A stretch of DNA of 57,061 bases from Nitrospirota bacterium (GTDB taxonomy: Bacteria > JACPQY01). Shown piece after piece: positions 1 through 9,945 of this stretch. The notes beneath the pieces are model-generated. The model was not told the origin of the DNA and searched no databases. It was given only the letters and a program-made list of their open reading frames with translations. The DNA is taken from the NCBI GenBank assembly GCA_016180645.1, contig JACPAV010000034.1, positions 1 through 57,061 on the forward strand, given 5' to 3'. A program made the translations under genes and the position numbers. Position 1 is the first letter of the stretch. The number at the start of each line of letters is the position of its first letter.

Positions 1-1
1 C

Positions 2-328
2 AGGTTCTATTCCGATATCGAACGGGTCAAACAGATATTCAGCAAACCCGAAATGAACGTAGGCTGGTTCAGCGCGGGCGAGCGGTTCGCCGATTTCCTG
101 AAGAAGATACCCGCTCTCCTGCTGCTCGGGTTCTACATGCTCTGCAAGTTCATACAGGTGTTCTCCTTAAGCGTGATCCAGAAACGCACACGCATCTCTT
201 TCGGATTCTTTCTTGGCATGTTCGACGGCTTTTTCCCCGCAAGAAAGAAACCGGCAACCTTTGGACGATCCGAAGGGCTGCCGGATGGAGAGAGTCCGGT
301 GTCTCCGGAACCGGCGTCGAATCCATAA
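2..328 (+). CDS. Partial CDS (5' end outside window), C-terminus of an unknown protein with a hydrophobic segment
   Basis: Frame is open from base 2 to TAA at 326-328 and is co-directional with the downstream operon; no diagnostic motif. Confidence 0.55.
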   Translation, partial: RFYSDIERVKQIFSKPEMNVGWFSAGERFADFLKKIPALLLLGFYMLCKFIQVFSLSVIQKRTRISFGFFLGMFDGFFPARKKPATFGRSEGLPDGESPVSPEPASNP

Positions 329-347
329 GGAACCAGGCGGGCTCGCC

Positions 348-1400
348 GTGAGTGTCATCCTTGAAGCGGATGTGCGTCAGGTGGTTGAGAGAGTCGGGAA
401 CGCCTTCCGTCGACTCAGCGGCAGGAGCCTGCTGCTTGCGGGTGGAACAGGATTTGTGGGGACCCATCTCTTGGAAACTCTGGCCTACCTAAACGACCGA
501 GTCCTGGATCGGCCCTGCCGTGTGGTTGCCGTTGCCCGCCATCCGGAGTCCTTCTCTCGGAAATGCCCACGATTGGCCCATCGTAGGGACATCCAGTGGG
601 TCAAGGGAGACATCCGATCCTTTCATCCCCCGCGAGGCCCGTGGTCGTTTATCGTCCACGCGGGCGCCCCATCCGATCCCAAGAAGCTGAAAGGTAATCC
701 ACAGGAGGTGATGGACGTGATCGCGGCGGGGACCCGAAGACTTCTCGAATTCGCCTCGGAGAAGGAGACGGAGGCGTTTCTGTTCCTGAGTTCGGGCGCC
801 GTCTATGGTCCTCAGCCTCCTCAACTGGACTCACTCCCCGAAACTTACCAGGGCGGACCCGACACCCGAAACGGCCGCTCCGGATACGGTGAAGCCAAGC
901 GTTATGCGGAAGTGCTCTGCCAAGCGTGCCTGGAGAGCAAGGGGATCCCCATCGTGGTGGCCCGGTTATTCACGTTCGTGGGCCCGCACATGGATCTAGA
1001 CGCAGGCTTCGCCGTCACGGATTTCGTCCGTCAGGGCCTGAGGGACCGCGTCATCCGAATACAAGGAGATGGCCGCGCTATCCGCACGCTGTGCTACAGT
1101 GCGGACATGACCGTAGCGATATGGAAAATACTGTTGAGCGGGCGCAAAGGACAGGCCTATAATGTCGGGTCGGATCTGGAAAGGATCTCCATTGAAGAAT
1201 TGGCCGGAAAAGTTGCGGGCATCATAGGACTTCGATGCAGGATCAGAGTCGAGAGGAAAGGGGGCGGAGATTTTCTTCGGCCGCGGTACGTCCCCGACAT
1301 CACGAAGCTCAAGTCCGAACTGGGGTTTTCTCTCCATCACGATCTGGATCTCTCTCTTCGAAGAACGATCGAGCACGTGAGAGAGAAGGCCGCCACATAG
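348..1400 (+). CDS. NAD-dependent epimerase/dehydratase (extended SDR, nucleotide-sugar)
   Basis: GGTGFVG Rossmann motif, SSGAVYG, YGEAK (YxxxK), AYNVGS; start moved to GTG at 348. Confidence 0.9.
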   Translation: MSVILEADVRQVVERVGNAFRRLSGRSLLLAGGTGFVGTHLLETLAYLNDRVLDRPCRVVAVARHPESFSRKCPRLAHRRDIQWVKGDIRSFHPPRGPWSFIVHAGAPSDPKKLKGNPQEVMDVIAAGTRRLLEFASEKETEAFLFLSSGAVYGPQPPQLDSLPETYQGGPDTRNGRSGYGEAKRYAEVLCQACLESKGIPIVVARLFTFVGPHMDLDAGFAVTDFVRQGLRDRVIRIQGDGRAIRTLCYSADMTVAIWKILLSGRKGQAYNVGSDLERISIEELAGKVAGIIGLRCRIRVERKGGGDFLRPRYVPDITKLKSELGFSLHHDLDLSLRRTIEHVREKAAT

Positions 1401-1443
1401 TCCTTACAGGGCGGGCCGCGCTGGAAAAGAAGAGAGCAAAACC

Positions 1444-3240
1444 GTGAGGGGCTGCGACTACGTGGCGGAGTTTCTGCATCAACACAAGAGCAGGCATGTG
1501 TTTGTTTTGACGGGCGGGGCGATCGCGTTTGTCGTGGATGCCGTGGCACGCCGGAGGGACATCGAACTGGTGGGATTCCAGCACGAGCAGGCTGCCGCCA
1601 TGGCCGCGGACGCCTATTCTCGTTTCGGCGAAGGGCTTGGGACAACCTTGGCCACGAGCGGGCCTGGAGCGACGAATCTGATCACCGGCATAGCCTGTTC
1701 ATTCTTTGATTCGATTCCCACGCTCCATATCACGGGCCAGGTTCCCGTGCAGGAATCCAATGTCGGAACCCGAATTCGGCAAGTCGGTTTCCAGGAAACC
1801 GACATCGTTTCGATGGTGAAGCCCATCACCAAGTATGCGGTTAGGGTGACGCGGATCGATGACCTGCGGTATGAAATGGAGAAGGCGGTTTACCTGGCCA
1901 CCTCTGGCCGAATGGGGCCGGCCCTGGTCGATGTTCCGATGGACATTCAGCAGCAGGACTTTGATTTTGGGTCCGCTCGTGAGTACGTGGCTCCAAGCGC
2001 CCGCGGATCGGGGGAAGGCGGCATGACCGGCGACTCGATGGAACTCCGTCGTCAAATCGATGAAGCGCTCCGCCTGATCGCCCAAGCACGGCGGCCTGTG
2101 GTGATCGGTGGATCCGGGGTGCGACGGGCAAAGGCGGAGGCCGAATTCATGGAGTTGGTGGAACGGCTCCAATTCCCGGTTCTGGTCCCCTGGGGCGCCT
2201 TGGACCTTGTCCCCCACGACCATCCTCTGCATGTCGCCCAGTTTGGCATCTATGGAAATCGCGGCGCCAACCTTGCCGTTCAGAACTGCGACCTCCTGTT
2301 GTCGATCGGTTCCCGACTCGATACACGGCAGACCGGTGGGGACCCGAAGACTTTTGCGCGTGAAGCAAAGAAGATTGTTGTTGATATTGATCGCGCAGAG
2401 TTGGGCAAGAGGTTGGAGGTGACCCACCCGATTGAGTGTGATGCCGGAACGTTTCTGCGAACGATGAACAGGGCCCTTTCCGAGTTCCGTGTGCCTGATG
2501 TCACCGAATGGAAATCACGCGTGGCGACGTACAAGGCAAGATATCCTGCCGTGGTGAGGGCGGACTTTGACGAGAAAGGATACGTCAATCCGTACGTTTT
2601 TTCGCAGCAGGTCGGAGGGCTGACGGAGCCGGGGGATATGCTGGTCATCGATACCGGTGGAACCCTGGTGTGGATGTATCAGGGGCTGTTTGTGAAAAAG
2701 GGCGTGAGAGTGTTTACGGCGGCCGGCCATTCCCCGATGGGATACGCGTTGCCGGCGGCCATGGGCGCTTGTCTCGCGCGTGGACATCAGCCTGTTCTTT
2801 GCTTTATCGGGGACGGCGGTTTGCAGCTTAATATCCAGGAGTTTCAAACCCTCAGGAACCTGTCTCTCCCGATCAAGGTTTTTGTTCTGAACAATAACTG
2901 CTACGGCATTATCAAGCAGTTCCAAGACTCCTGGTTGGGTTCCCGGTACTGGGCCAGCGACCCCCAGGGGGGGTACAGCTCGCCGGATTTCCGGGCCGTG
3001 GCGGCAGCGTACGGAATCGAATCCATCGCGATTTCCAGCAATGACGAGATCCGACCCAAGGTGATGGAAGCCTTGAAACACCCGGGGCCTGTCCTCGTTG
3101 ATGTTCTCATCCGGGGCGACCAAAAGCTTGTCCCCAAGACGGAGTTCGGGAATCCCATCGAAGATTGCTCCCCGATGCTTCCGGATGACGAATTCTATTC
3201 GAACATGCTCGTGAAACCGCTGCCGAGAAAGAGGGAATAG
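1444..3240 (+). CDS. Thiamine-diphosphate-dependent acetolactate-synthase-like enzyme (YerE-like, sugar C-branching candidate)
   Basis: HEQAAAMAADAY, TSGPGATN and GDGG...NN TPP motifs; lies in a glycan cluster with no ilv context. Confidence 0.85.
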   Translation: MRGCDYVAEFLHQHKSRHVFVLTGGAIAFVVDAVARRRDIELVGFQHEQAAAMAADAYSRFGEGLGTTLATSGPGATNLITGIACSFFDSIPTLHITGQVPVQESNVGTRIRQVGFQETDIVSMVKPITKYAVRVTRIDDLRYEMEKAVYLATSGRMGPALVDVPMDIQQQDFDFGSAREYVAPSARGSGEGGMTGDSMELRRQIDEALRLIAQARRPVVIGGSGVRRAKAEAEFMELVERLQFPVLVPWGALDLVPHDHPLHVAQFGIYGNRGANLAVQNCDLLLSIGSRLDTRQTGGDPKTFAREAKKIVVDIDRAELGKRLEVTHPIECDAGTFLRTMNRALSEFRVPDVTEWKSRVATYKARYPAVVRADFDEKGYVNPYVFSQQVGGLTEPGDMLVIDTGGTLVWMYQGLFVKKGVRVFTAAGHSPMGYALPAAMGACLARGHQPVLCFIGDGGLQLNIQEFQTLRNLSLPIKVFVLNNNCYGIIKQFQDSWLGSRYWASDPQGGYSSPDFRAVAAAYGIESIAISSNDEIRPKVMEALKHPGPVLVDVLIRGDQKLVPKTEFGNPIEDCSPMLPDDEFYSNMLVKPLPRKRE

Positions 3241-3243
3241 GTT

Positions 3244-4224
3244 TTGCACGACGCGCAGAAAGAACGAGCCAGGGTGTCCATCGTAATCCCGGTGTTGAAT
3301 GAGGAGGATAACATTCCCCGTCTGGAGCAGGAACTGCTCGCCGCGATTGCACACCTGCCCTATCAATTTGAGTTTCTGGTTGTGGATAACCACAGCGCGG
3401 ATGGGACAAGGGAACGGGTTAAGGCCATCTGTCAACGCGATGATCGATGGAAGTACCTCCGCTTCAGCCGCAACTTCACGGTCGAAATGTCCATCACCGC
3501 CGGGTATCATTTCGCGTCCGGTGATGCGATCATCGTCCTCTATTCCGATCTTCAGGATCCCCCCGACGTTGTACCCCGGCTGATTGAAAAGTGGCGCGAG
3601 GGGTACGATGTGGTGTTCGGGGTGCGGGAGGTTCGGCCCGGGGATCCCGCATGGCGCAACTTCGCCGTCAAGGTTGCTTATCGACTGATCAACCGGCTTT
3701 CCGACGTTCCGATCCCCGAGAACACCGGTGACTTCCGACTGATCACGCGGCGGGTGAGGGATGCCTTGGAGCAATGCGGAGAGTACAACCGGTACCTGCG
3801 CGGGCTCATCGCGTGGCTCGGTTTTCGGCAGATCGGCATCCCCTATGAGCGACGGCCCCGAACCGCGGGTGCGAGCAAAGCCCCGCTCTGGGACCTCATT
3901 TTCTTCGTGTTCAATGCCATTACAAGTTTCTCCTTGAAGCCGTTGAGACTGTTTACGTTGATGGGATTCGTGCTGATTGGAATGTCCTTGATCGCCGCCT
4001 GCGTCTACTCCTTCCTCTATCTGATCGGGTCCCCTCCTCCGGGAATCACGACCTTGATCGTGCTCTCCTTTCTAGGCATCGGCCTGAACAGTCTGGGGAT
4101 CGGGGTGCTGGGCGAGTACCTCGGCCGGGCGTACGCCGAGACCAAGCATCGACCGCTCTACGTAGTCGAGGAATCCGTAAATGTCCCATGGCCGAACCGT
4201 GGGGCGGTGGAGACCCGCGGCTGA
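3244..4224 (+). CDS. GT2 polyprenol-phosphate glycosyltransferase (GtrB/ArnC-like)
   Basis: IVIPVLNEE, RFSRNF, DLQDPP, GDFRLI, two C-terminal TM helices, GEYLGR...RPLYVV. Confidence 0.92.
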   Translation: MHDAQKERARVSIVIPVLNEEDNIPRLEQELLAAIAHLPYQFEFLVVDNHSADGTRERVKAICQRDDRWKYLRFSRNFTVEMSITAGYHFASGDAIIVLYSDLQDPPDVVPRLIEKWREGYDVVFGVREVRPGDPAWRNFAVKVAYRLINRLSDVPIPENTGDFRLITRRVRDALEQCGEYNRYLRGLIAWLGFRQIGIPYERRPRTAGASKAPLWDLIFFVFNAITSFSLKPLRLFTLMGFVLIGMSLIAACVYSFLYLIGSPPPGITTLIVLSFLGIGLNSLGIGVLGEYLGRAYAETKHRPLYVVEESVNVPWPNRGAVETRG

Positions 4225-4247
4225 CCGCCTGACGTCGGAGACGAAGG

Positions 4248-6386
4248 ATGACCCCGGCGAAGCGTCAGACACTCCTCCCCCAACTTCTTGCCCTCCTGGG
4301 CGGAACCTCCTATGTTGTCCTTGTTCTCTGGGGTTCGCCCATCCGGGGTCTCTCCATGGGGAGGCAACATCTCAGACACGATCATGTTTGGCTCTACAGT
4401 TTCTTCTACGATCACCTTCACTCCGTCAACCACTTCGGAGAGATCGCCTGGTGGCACCCCAATATTCAGTACGGGTTCCCTCTCTTTTTCCCGTCGATTC
4501 TCGGAACCAACACCACCACGCCGCTCTTTGCCGCGTTCACGCTCGTCGCCTGGCTCTTGGGACGTCTGGGCGTTCATCTTTCCTCATTCTTCGTCCCCTA
4601 CCTGCTCTATCACGCGCTCCTGGTTCCCCTTTTGTTCGGTCTTGGCCTCCTGCTGCTTGTCCGCCGCCTCCTGAGAGAACGAGCGCTCATCCTTTTCGTG
4701 ATCATGGCGGGCTGCGCATGTCCCGCCGTGGTCTTCCAGAACTCGGACGTCGGCTTTCTCGAACAGACGGGCTACGGCTTTCTCTATGCGGCGGCTTTCC
4801 TCCGATTCCTGAAGAACCCGGGGCCGCGGACTTTTTGGCCCGCCGTCGTGTGCTGCCTCGTATTGGGAGTTTCAACCAACCTCATGTTCTTTTGCTGGAA
4901 CGTCCTCTTCGTGCCGATTTGGACCTTCCTGTCGATGATGTGGCGGCCGGGAGGCATGGGAGGCCAGGTTCGCAAACTCGTGAGAAGTGTCCCCATCGTG
5001 CATGGGTGCGCCGCCCTGCTCATGGCAGGGATCTGCATCCTCCCGGGTCTCGTCACTCTGATCGACGGCGAAGGTATCCTGAGATCCAGGATGGGGGCTG
5101 AGACCTACAACTACACCGACCTGTTCCCCGGGAACCCGCTTGAGATCCTGAGCGCGGGGGTCCCGGGAGCGGGGTTTGAATGGAGCGACAACCACGAGTG
5201 GGAATTGGCGCCGATGCACAAGGAAGGGGCCCATCGCGGATATCATTATGTCGGGTCGCTTGTCCTGGCTCTGGCTTTTTTCTGCCTTGTTCTGGGCCGA
5301 CCTTTCTGGCGCCAAAGACTCCTTCTCTTCGTGGCCGCTTTCTCGATGATCGTGCTCCTTAGCGCGCACAGCCCGGTGTTCAGTCTGCTGCTATCCTGGC
5401 TGGGTCCGCTCAAACGCATCAATCACTACAGCGATGTGGTATTCCGGGCCGGGTTCTCGGCGATCCTCACCCTGATGGCCGGGATGGGTTTGGAGGGAAT
5501 CTTGCGGAGTAGCCAACGTTGGAGATGGGTGTTTTTGGGAGTATTCGTCTTGACCGCAACCGGGTCCATGCTTCTATTTGGGGTGATCTACCGCAACGAA
5601 ATATACTCGAACTGGCTGTTCGGGTTTGAGCTGGTGGCCATCATGCTGGAATTGGCCGTGGTGGTGTGGCTTGCTTTGGCCCGGGGACGGGTTCAAGTCC
5701 GCAGATCGGTTCACTTCCTTGCCTTTCTCGTTCTCTTGGACAACTCTACCGTGGCCTTCTGGTATATCCGGTCAATCGGTTTGCCTCATCGCGCCGAGAT
5801 CATCGAACCCTCCTTGGAATCGATCGGCATTACGGGTCAGCCGAGTTTTCACGCCAATACGTTGCTCTATTTGAAAAATGTCAAAGCATTGCAGGCAGCG
5901 GGCATCAATCCCGAATCACTGCCAAAACTGGGGTTGGCCGAAATGGGGGGAGAGGAAGGAAAGAGAAACGGGTCGGAAGTGAACCCAGGCATGCCCCTCC
6001 AAGGGTCAGCCATCCGCTCCAATCAGGGTCCCGCGATTCCCGATAACGCTCCGGTGGCCATCCGTCCACTGCTCGCCGGCGAAGAGATTGCCATCCTAGG
6101 ACAGACGTACAACCGGATTCAGTTGAGCGTATCCGCCGCCGAACCGTCGCAGCTTTTCTGGAGAGACGCCTACTTCGCCGGTTGGTCGGCCACGGTGAAC
6201 GGAAGAGCGGAATCGATCACAAAGCCTTTCGGGGCATTCAAGGCTGTCCCGGTGCCACGAGGCCGCTCCAGCGTGGAATTCCGCTTCTCACCCCCCGGCT
6301 CCGTGGGGCTTGCCTTGTTAGCAGCCTATGCGTGCATCGTGGGCGCCCTGCTTCTCTGCGTTTGGGTTCCGAGGAGACATCGCTAA
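4248..6386 (+). CDS. Polytopic membrane protein, YfhO/GT-C-like
   Basis: Many TM segments; C-terminal DAYFAGWSATVNG...FKAVPVPRG...VEFRF typical of YfhO-like proteins. Confidence 0.75.
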   Translation: MTPAKRQTLLPQLLALLGGTSYVVLVLWGSPIRGLSMGRQHLRHDHVWLYSFFYDHLHSVNHFGEIAWWHPNIQYGFPLFFPSILGTNTTTPLFAAFTLVAWLLGRLGVHLSSFFVPYLLYHALLVPLLFGLGLLLLVRRLLRERALILFVIMAGCACPAVVFQNSDVGFLEQTGYGFLYAAAFLRFLKNPGPRTFWPAVVCCLVLGVSTNLMFFCWNVLFVPIWTFLSMMWRPGGMGGQVRKLVRSVPIVHGCAALLMAGICILPGLVTLIDGEGILRSRMGAETYNYTDLFPGNPLEILSAGVPGAGFEWSDNHEWELAPMHKEGAHRGYHYVGSLVLALAFFCLVLGRPFWRQRLLLFVAAFSMIVLLSAHSPVFSLLLSWLGPLKRINHYSDVVFRAGFSAILTLMAGMGLEGILRSSQRWRWVFLGVFVLTATGSMLLFGVIYRNEIYSNWLFGFELVAIMLELAVVVWLALARGRVQVRRSVHFLAFLVLLDNSTVAFWYIRSIGLPHRAEIIEPSLESIGITGQPSFHANTLLYLKNVKALQAAGINPESLPKLGLAEMGGEEGKRNGSEVNPGMPLQGSAIRSNQGPAIPDNAPVAIRPLLAGEEIAILGQTYNRIQLSVSAAEPSQLFWRDAYFAGWSATVNGRAESITKPFGAFKAVPVPRGRSSVEFRFSPPGSVGLALLAAYACIVGALLLCVWVPRRHR

Positions 6387-6406
6387 AGCCGGTTGCGGGG
6401 GGTGGG

Positions 6407-7117
6407 GTGAATTCTCCATCGGAGCGGTCGGAGCTGACCGTTATCATTCCTGCGAAGGATGAGGCGGAGAACCTCTTGACCCTTCTCCCCAGCCTGAGAG
6501 ACACCCTTCGCGGCCTGCCCTGCCGGACGGATATTCTCGTCGCCGACGGTGGATCGAGCGACGATACCGCGGGTGTTCTCGGTCGGCTGGGCGTGGCGAT
6601 GTTCAGACAAGAGAGTGCCGGCTACGGGGGCGCGCTACGCGAGGCTTTCAAGAGAGTGATCGCCCCCTACGTGGTTACTATGGATGCCGATTACTCCCAT
6701 CCGCCGAGATTCATTCACCAACTCTGGGCCGCGCGCGGCACGGCGGATCTGGTCATCGCTTCGCGGTATGTTCCCGGCGGTCGGGCTCAAATGCCGGTCG
6801 TGCGGCTGGTCCTGAGCCGGGTCCTCAACCGGATCTACGCGCGTTTCCTGCGCCTTCCGTATCGCGACCTCTCCAGCGGCTTCCGCTTGTACCGCCGGGC
6901 CGCGCTCCAAGATATCGGCGAACTCACTTCATCGCATTTCGAGGTCTTGCAGGAAATCTCCATCAAGCTGCACGGCCGTGGTCGCCGGATCCGCGAGATT
7001 CCCTTTCACTACGCTCCGCGCAAGGAGGGGAAGTCGAAGGCGCGAATTTTCCGATTCGGCGCGGCGCACCTGCGATCGCTGAGGAAGATGTGGATCCTGA
7101 GAAATACTCGGAAATAA
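6407..7117 (+). CDS. GT2 Dpm1-like polyprenol monophosphosugar synthase
   Basis: VIIPAKDEA, DGGSSD, MDADYSH, ASRYVPGG, DLSSGFRLYR; start moved to GTG at 6407. Confidence 0.9.
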   Translation: MNSPSERSELTVIIPAKDEAENLLTLLPSLRDTLRGLPCRTDILVADGGSSDDTAGVLGRLGVAMFRQESAGYGGALREAFKRVIAPYVVTMDADYSHPPRFIHQLWAARGTADLVIASRYVPGGRAQMPVVRLVLSRVLNRIYARFLRLPYRDLSSGFRLYRRAALQDIGELTSSHFEVLQEISIKLHGRGRRIREIPFHYAPRKEGKSKARIFRFGAAHLRSLRKMWILRNTRK

Positions 7118-7129
7118 ACCGAATAAACC

Positions 7130-7172
7130 GTGACAGTATACTATTATTCTTCCAAATAGAGTATACTGTCAC
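7130..7172. repeat. Perfect 13-bp inverted repeat GTGACAGTATACT-N17-AGTATACTGTCAC between convergent genes (REP-like element or bidirectional terminator)
   Basis: Read directly; one arm recurs at 17009-17022. Confidence 0.85.
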
Positions 7173-7186
7173 CGAGAATATCGATC

Positions 7187-8188
7187 CTAAGATCCATCAA
7201 AGCGGGCGATCGCATAGAGATTTTCACCGCCGAAGTTTCGGACCGCCAGGTAGGGAATCATGAAGGGGCCTCCGAGGTTCACCGCCGATCGAATCATCGC
7301 CCCTTTCGCGCGGCGGAGTGGCGTGATCCAGCTTCGTAGGAACGCGGATCGGCCCTTCGGTCCATTTTCCGTTCCCTGCATCCCCGGCGCCATCGTAGAA
7401 GAGAGGGCATTCACGCTCGTGGCGGAGAGCAGAAGATTTTCGAGGTAAGATCGCGCCGCGCGGAGATCGTGGGAAGGCTGGATCACCAATTTTTCAACGT
7501 GGAGCCCGGCTTTCTTCAAGGCCTTCTCGAAGGCGGAATGGGTCCACCGGGTCAGGTGGTGGGGAGGGAAATCCCAACTTTCCCGGCCGAACCGAAGGGT
7601 CCACCGCTCCGCATTCGGAGTCGACAGGACCAGACACCCTTGCCTCTCAACCAGCGGCCGGAGGTTCTGGAGAAATCCGACGGGGTCCGGGAGATGTTCG
7701 ATCACCTGAAAGCAGACCAGTACGTCGAACGACCGGACCCCCGCCATCGAGCGGGGTTCAAGAAAATTCGCCGTGCGCAGATCCGAGAGCCCGTAGTGTG
7801 CGCCGGCAAATTTCAAGGCCCGCTCGTTTACGTCAAACCCCGTGACTTGGTAGCCTGCATCGCGCGCCCGACTCAGGAAATGACCGGTATGACATCCCAA
7901 CTCGGCCAGTCTCCCTCCGCGACAGGGAAGATCTTTGAGGAGCCGGCCGAACTCCCACCTCCAGTAGAAATCCGGCGAGAAGTGAGTCTCATAGTACGCT
8001 TGATCGCCTGCTTTCATCGGTGAGCTGAAACACAGACCGCACGAGAGGCATTCCGCCACGGTGAATTCGCCGCAACGCTCCACCGCGCGGAACTTGCGTT
8101 CTTCGCGACAGACAGGGCACGGTCCCTTCACTTCTGTGGACTCCGCGCTCCGGCTTGACCCTGCCGGGTGGGACGACGGATCAGGCAT
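7187..8188 (-). CDS. Class I SAM-dependent methyltransferase with N-terminal Cys4 zinc-ribbon
   Basis: CPVC...CLSC, ELGCHTG, FQVIEHLPDP, STPN, DFPPHHLTRW; paralog of 43462-44511. Confidence 0.88.
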   Translation of the reverse strand: MPDPSSHPAGSSRSAESTEVKGPCPVCREERKFRAVERCGEFTVAECLSCGLCFSSPMKAGDQAYYETHFSPDFYWRWEFGRLLKDLPCRGGRLAELGCHTGHFLSRARDAGYQVTGFDVNERALKFAGAHYGLSDLRTANFLEPRSMAGVRSFDVLVCFQVIEHLPDPVGFLQNLRPLVERQGCLVLSTPNAERWTLRFGRESWDFPPHHLTRWTHSAFEKALKKAGLHVEKLVIQPSHDLRAARSYLENLLLSATSVNALSSTMAPGMQGTENGPKGRSAFLRSWITPLRRAKGAMIRSAVNLGGPFMIPYLAVRNFGGENLYAIARFDGS

Positions 8189-9110
8189 GATGGCGAAGTA
8201 TGCTTTTGTCCCGGTGGAAAGCCAAGTCGAACATCCCGGCACAAAGGGCGGCCGAGTAGATGGTGCAGGCGATGGGGAACAGGTACGGATGGGTCACATT
8301 TCGGCGGTTCAACACCCAAATCCGGAATAGGCCGGAGATGGCGGCAAGGCTGGCCGTTCCCTGCCAGTTCTTGAGATAGAAGTAGAGAAGCGATTTCAAC
8401 TCCTCGGCCAGCGGCAGGTGTGCGAATCGCCGCTTCGTGCGGGTCCCCCCGCTGGGCGCTTTTAGGTGGTAGATCCCCGCTGTGGGATCTTGAGCGATGC
8501 GGCCCCCGGCGAGGTGGAACTTTCGCCCGAAATCGAGGTCCCCGTGAAGGCTGGCGCGACCGAAACACTCGTCCAGCCCCCCCACCGCGATGGCTGCGGA
8601 GCGAAGCACAGAGCAGTTACACGTGCGGAGGATCGAGATTTCGGTGCGGAGGGTGAGGGTTGCCGGGATGTGTGTCCATCCGAAAGGGTGGGTGAGCATC
8701 CAATCGGGGATCTTGTCCAGCGGCTCAAGGTTGCTGCCGCGCTCCCACCAGATGGCGCCGTTGACCGCCACGAGGTCCTTTTCTCCGTAGTTCAGGAGAT
8801 GGCGCCGCACGAAATCGCGCTTGATGAGGATGTCATCATCCACAATCAGCACGATTTCGCCTTTCGCCTCCCGGATGCCCACGTTCCTGGCGCGGCACGG
8901 ATTGGGCTCCTCCTGCCGGATGAGCCGAATGGCACCCGAACGATTGAGGCGGTCCAAGTCTTCGCGGGTCTTTTCCAGATGCGAGACCGACTGGTCGATG
9001 ACGAGAATCTCGTCCGGCTTGCGGTCTTGGTCGAGGAACTGCTGAATCGTCATCCGGAGGACTTCCTCCCGGTTATACGTAGGGATGACGACGCTGATGG
9101 AGGGGTTCAC
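8181..9110 (-). CDS. GT2 family glycosyltransferase
   Basis: SVVIPTYNR, ARNVGI, IVDDD, GGLDE; start set to GTG at 9110 because the upstream extension runs through a repeat element. Confidence 0.88.
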   Translation of the reverse strand: MNPSISVVIPTYNREEVLRMTIQQFLDQDRKPDEILVIDQSVSHLEKTREDLDRLNRSGAIRLIRQEEPNPCRARNVGIREAKGEIVLIVDDDILIKRDFVRRHLLNYGEKDLVAVNGAIWWERGSNLEPLDKIPDWMLTHPFGWTHIPATLTLRTEISILRTCNCSVLRSAAIAVGGLDECFGRASLHGDLDFGRKFHLAGGRIAQDPTAGIYHLKAPSGGTRTKRRFAHLPLAEELKSLLYFYLKNWQGTASLAAISGLFRIWVLNRRNVTHPYLFPIACTIYSAALCAGMFDLAFHRDKSILRHHA

Positions 9111-9204
9111 CCCGCTAGAGGCCCAGCGGCCTGCCGCGGGGAGGGACTCGGATCCGCCTTCTCGTAGGCGGGGGTCTGAATGCCCGTGCGAGCCTCTAAC
9201 GGGG
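9110..9204. mobile_element. 95-bp MITE-like element, ends CCCCGCTAGAGGC...GCCTCTAACGGGG, flanked by TTCA direct repeats
   Basis: TTCA at 9106-9109 and 9205-9208; a related element at 54923-55011 has the same flanks. Confidence 0.75.
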
Positions 9205-9205
9205 T

Positions 9206-9919
9206 TCAAGTTTGGGCGCAAATCAGGATATTCGCGCCTCCGGGGAGCCTTTCATCGAGATCGATGAGGGCCTCCCAGAAGCCAGCCCGGCTCATCGGCA
9301 ATTGGATCCCGCTGCCATACCCGGACAGGAGGTAGAAGAGGGATCCCCACCGGCGATGGGTAACGACGCGAAATCCCGCATCGGAAAGCCAACCCAGAAC
9401 GCCCTCCGCCCGCGCTTCCAATCCCCGAATGTCCTCGGGTTTGGAAAGAAATGCCGCGGCGGCCTTCCTGGGCACGGCCCCCAGCCACGAGAAAACGGGC
9501 ATGAAGAGAACCAAGCGTCCACCGGGTTTGAGAATCCGTCGAATTTCTCCAATGGCCGACTGCGGCTGATCGAGATGCTGCAAGACGGCCCGGCACACGG
9601 CCGCGTCGAACTCCCCGGTTTTGAAGGGCAGTCGCTTGATGTCCGTGCGGACAAGATTCAGAAGGGGCGTGCGCTTGGCGGCATCGCCCAGCATCGCGGC
9701 GGAAACGTCCACGCCGACCCTTTGGACACCCTCCGGGAGGTGGGAGAGAAGAATCCCCGTTCCGCAGCCGACGTCCAATACGCGGGCACCGGGGGTGGGA
9801 CTCAGCCATTCGACGCACCGTCGGATGGAGCGCAAATAGACGCGCTGCGCGGAAACAGATCGGACGTAGTAGTTGCGCACGAAATCGTCGCCCAGCTTCA
9901 GGAAAGTATCTTCGGCCAT
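9206..9919 (-). CDS. Class I SAM-dependent methyltransferase (type 11-like)
   Basis: VLDVGCGTG, LPFKTGEFD, LKPGGRL; start moved to ATG at 9919. Confidence 0.88.
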   Translation of the reverse strand: MAEDTFLKLGDDFVRNYYVRSVSAQRVYLRSIRRCVEWLSPTPGARVLDVGCGTGILLSHLPEGVQRVGVDVSAAMLGDAAKRTPLLNLVRTDIKRLPFKTGEFDAAVCRAVLQHLDQPQSAIGEIRRILKPGGRLVLFMPVFSWLGAVPRKAAAAFLSKPEDIRGLEARAEGVLGWLSDAGFRVVTHRRWGSLFYLLSGYGSGIQLPMSRAGFWEALIDLDERLPGGANILICAQT

Positions 9920-9945
9920 GAAAGGGGGGGGGCCTCGACTCCGGC

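Noticed and set aside
1444-3240. Housekeeping acetolactate synthase ilvB
   Set aside because: No small subunit or ilvC nearby; nucleotide-sugar context favours a YerE-like role, so no symbol was assigned
9111-9221. N-terminal extension of the GT2 ORF to 9221 (and similar extensions at 213, 6182, 10036, 13380, 29247, 31187, 43589, 44408)
   Set aside because: The extensions overlap neighbouring genes or repeat elements and precede the family N-terminal motifs
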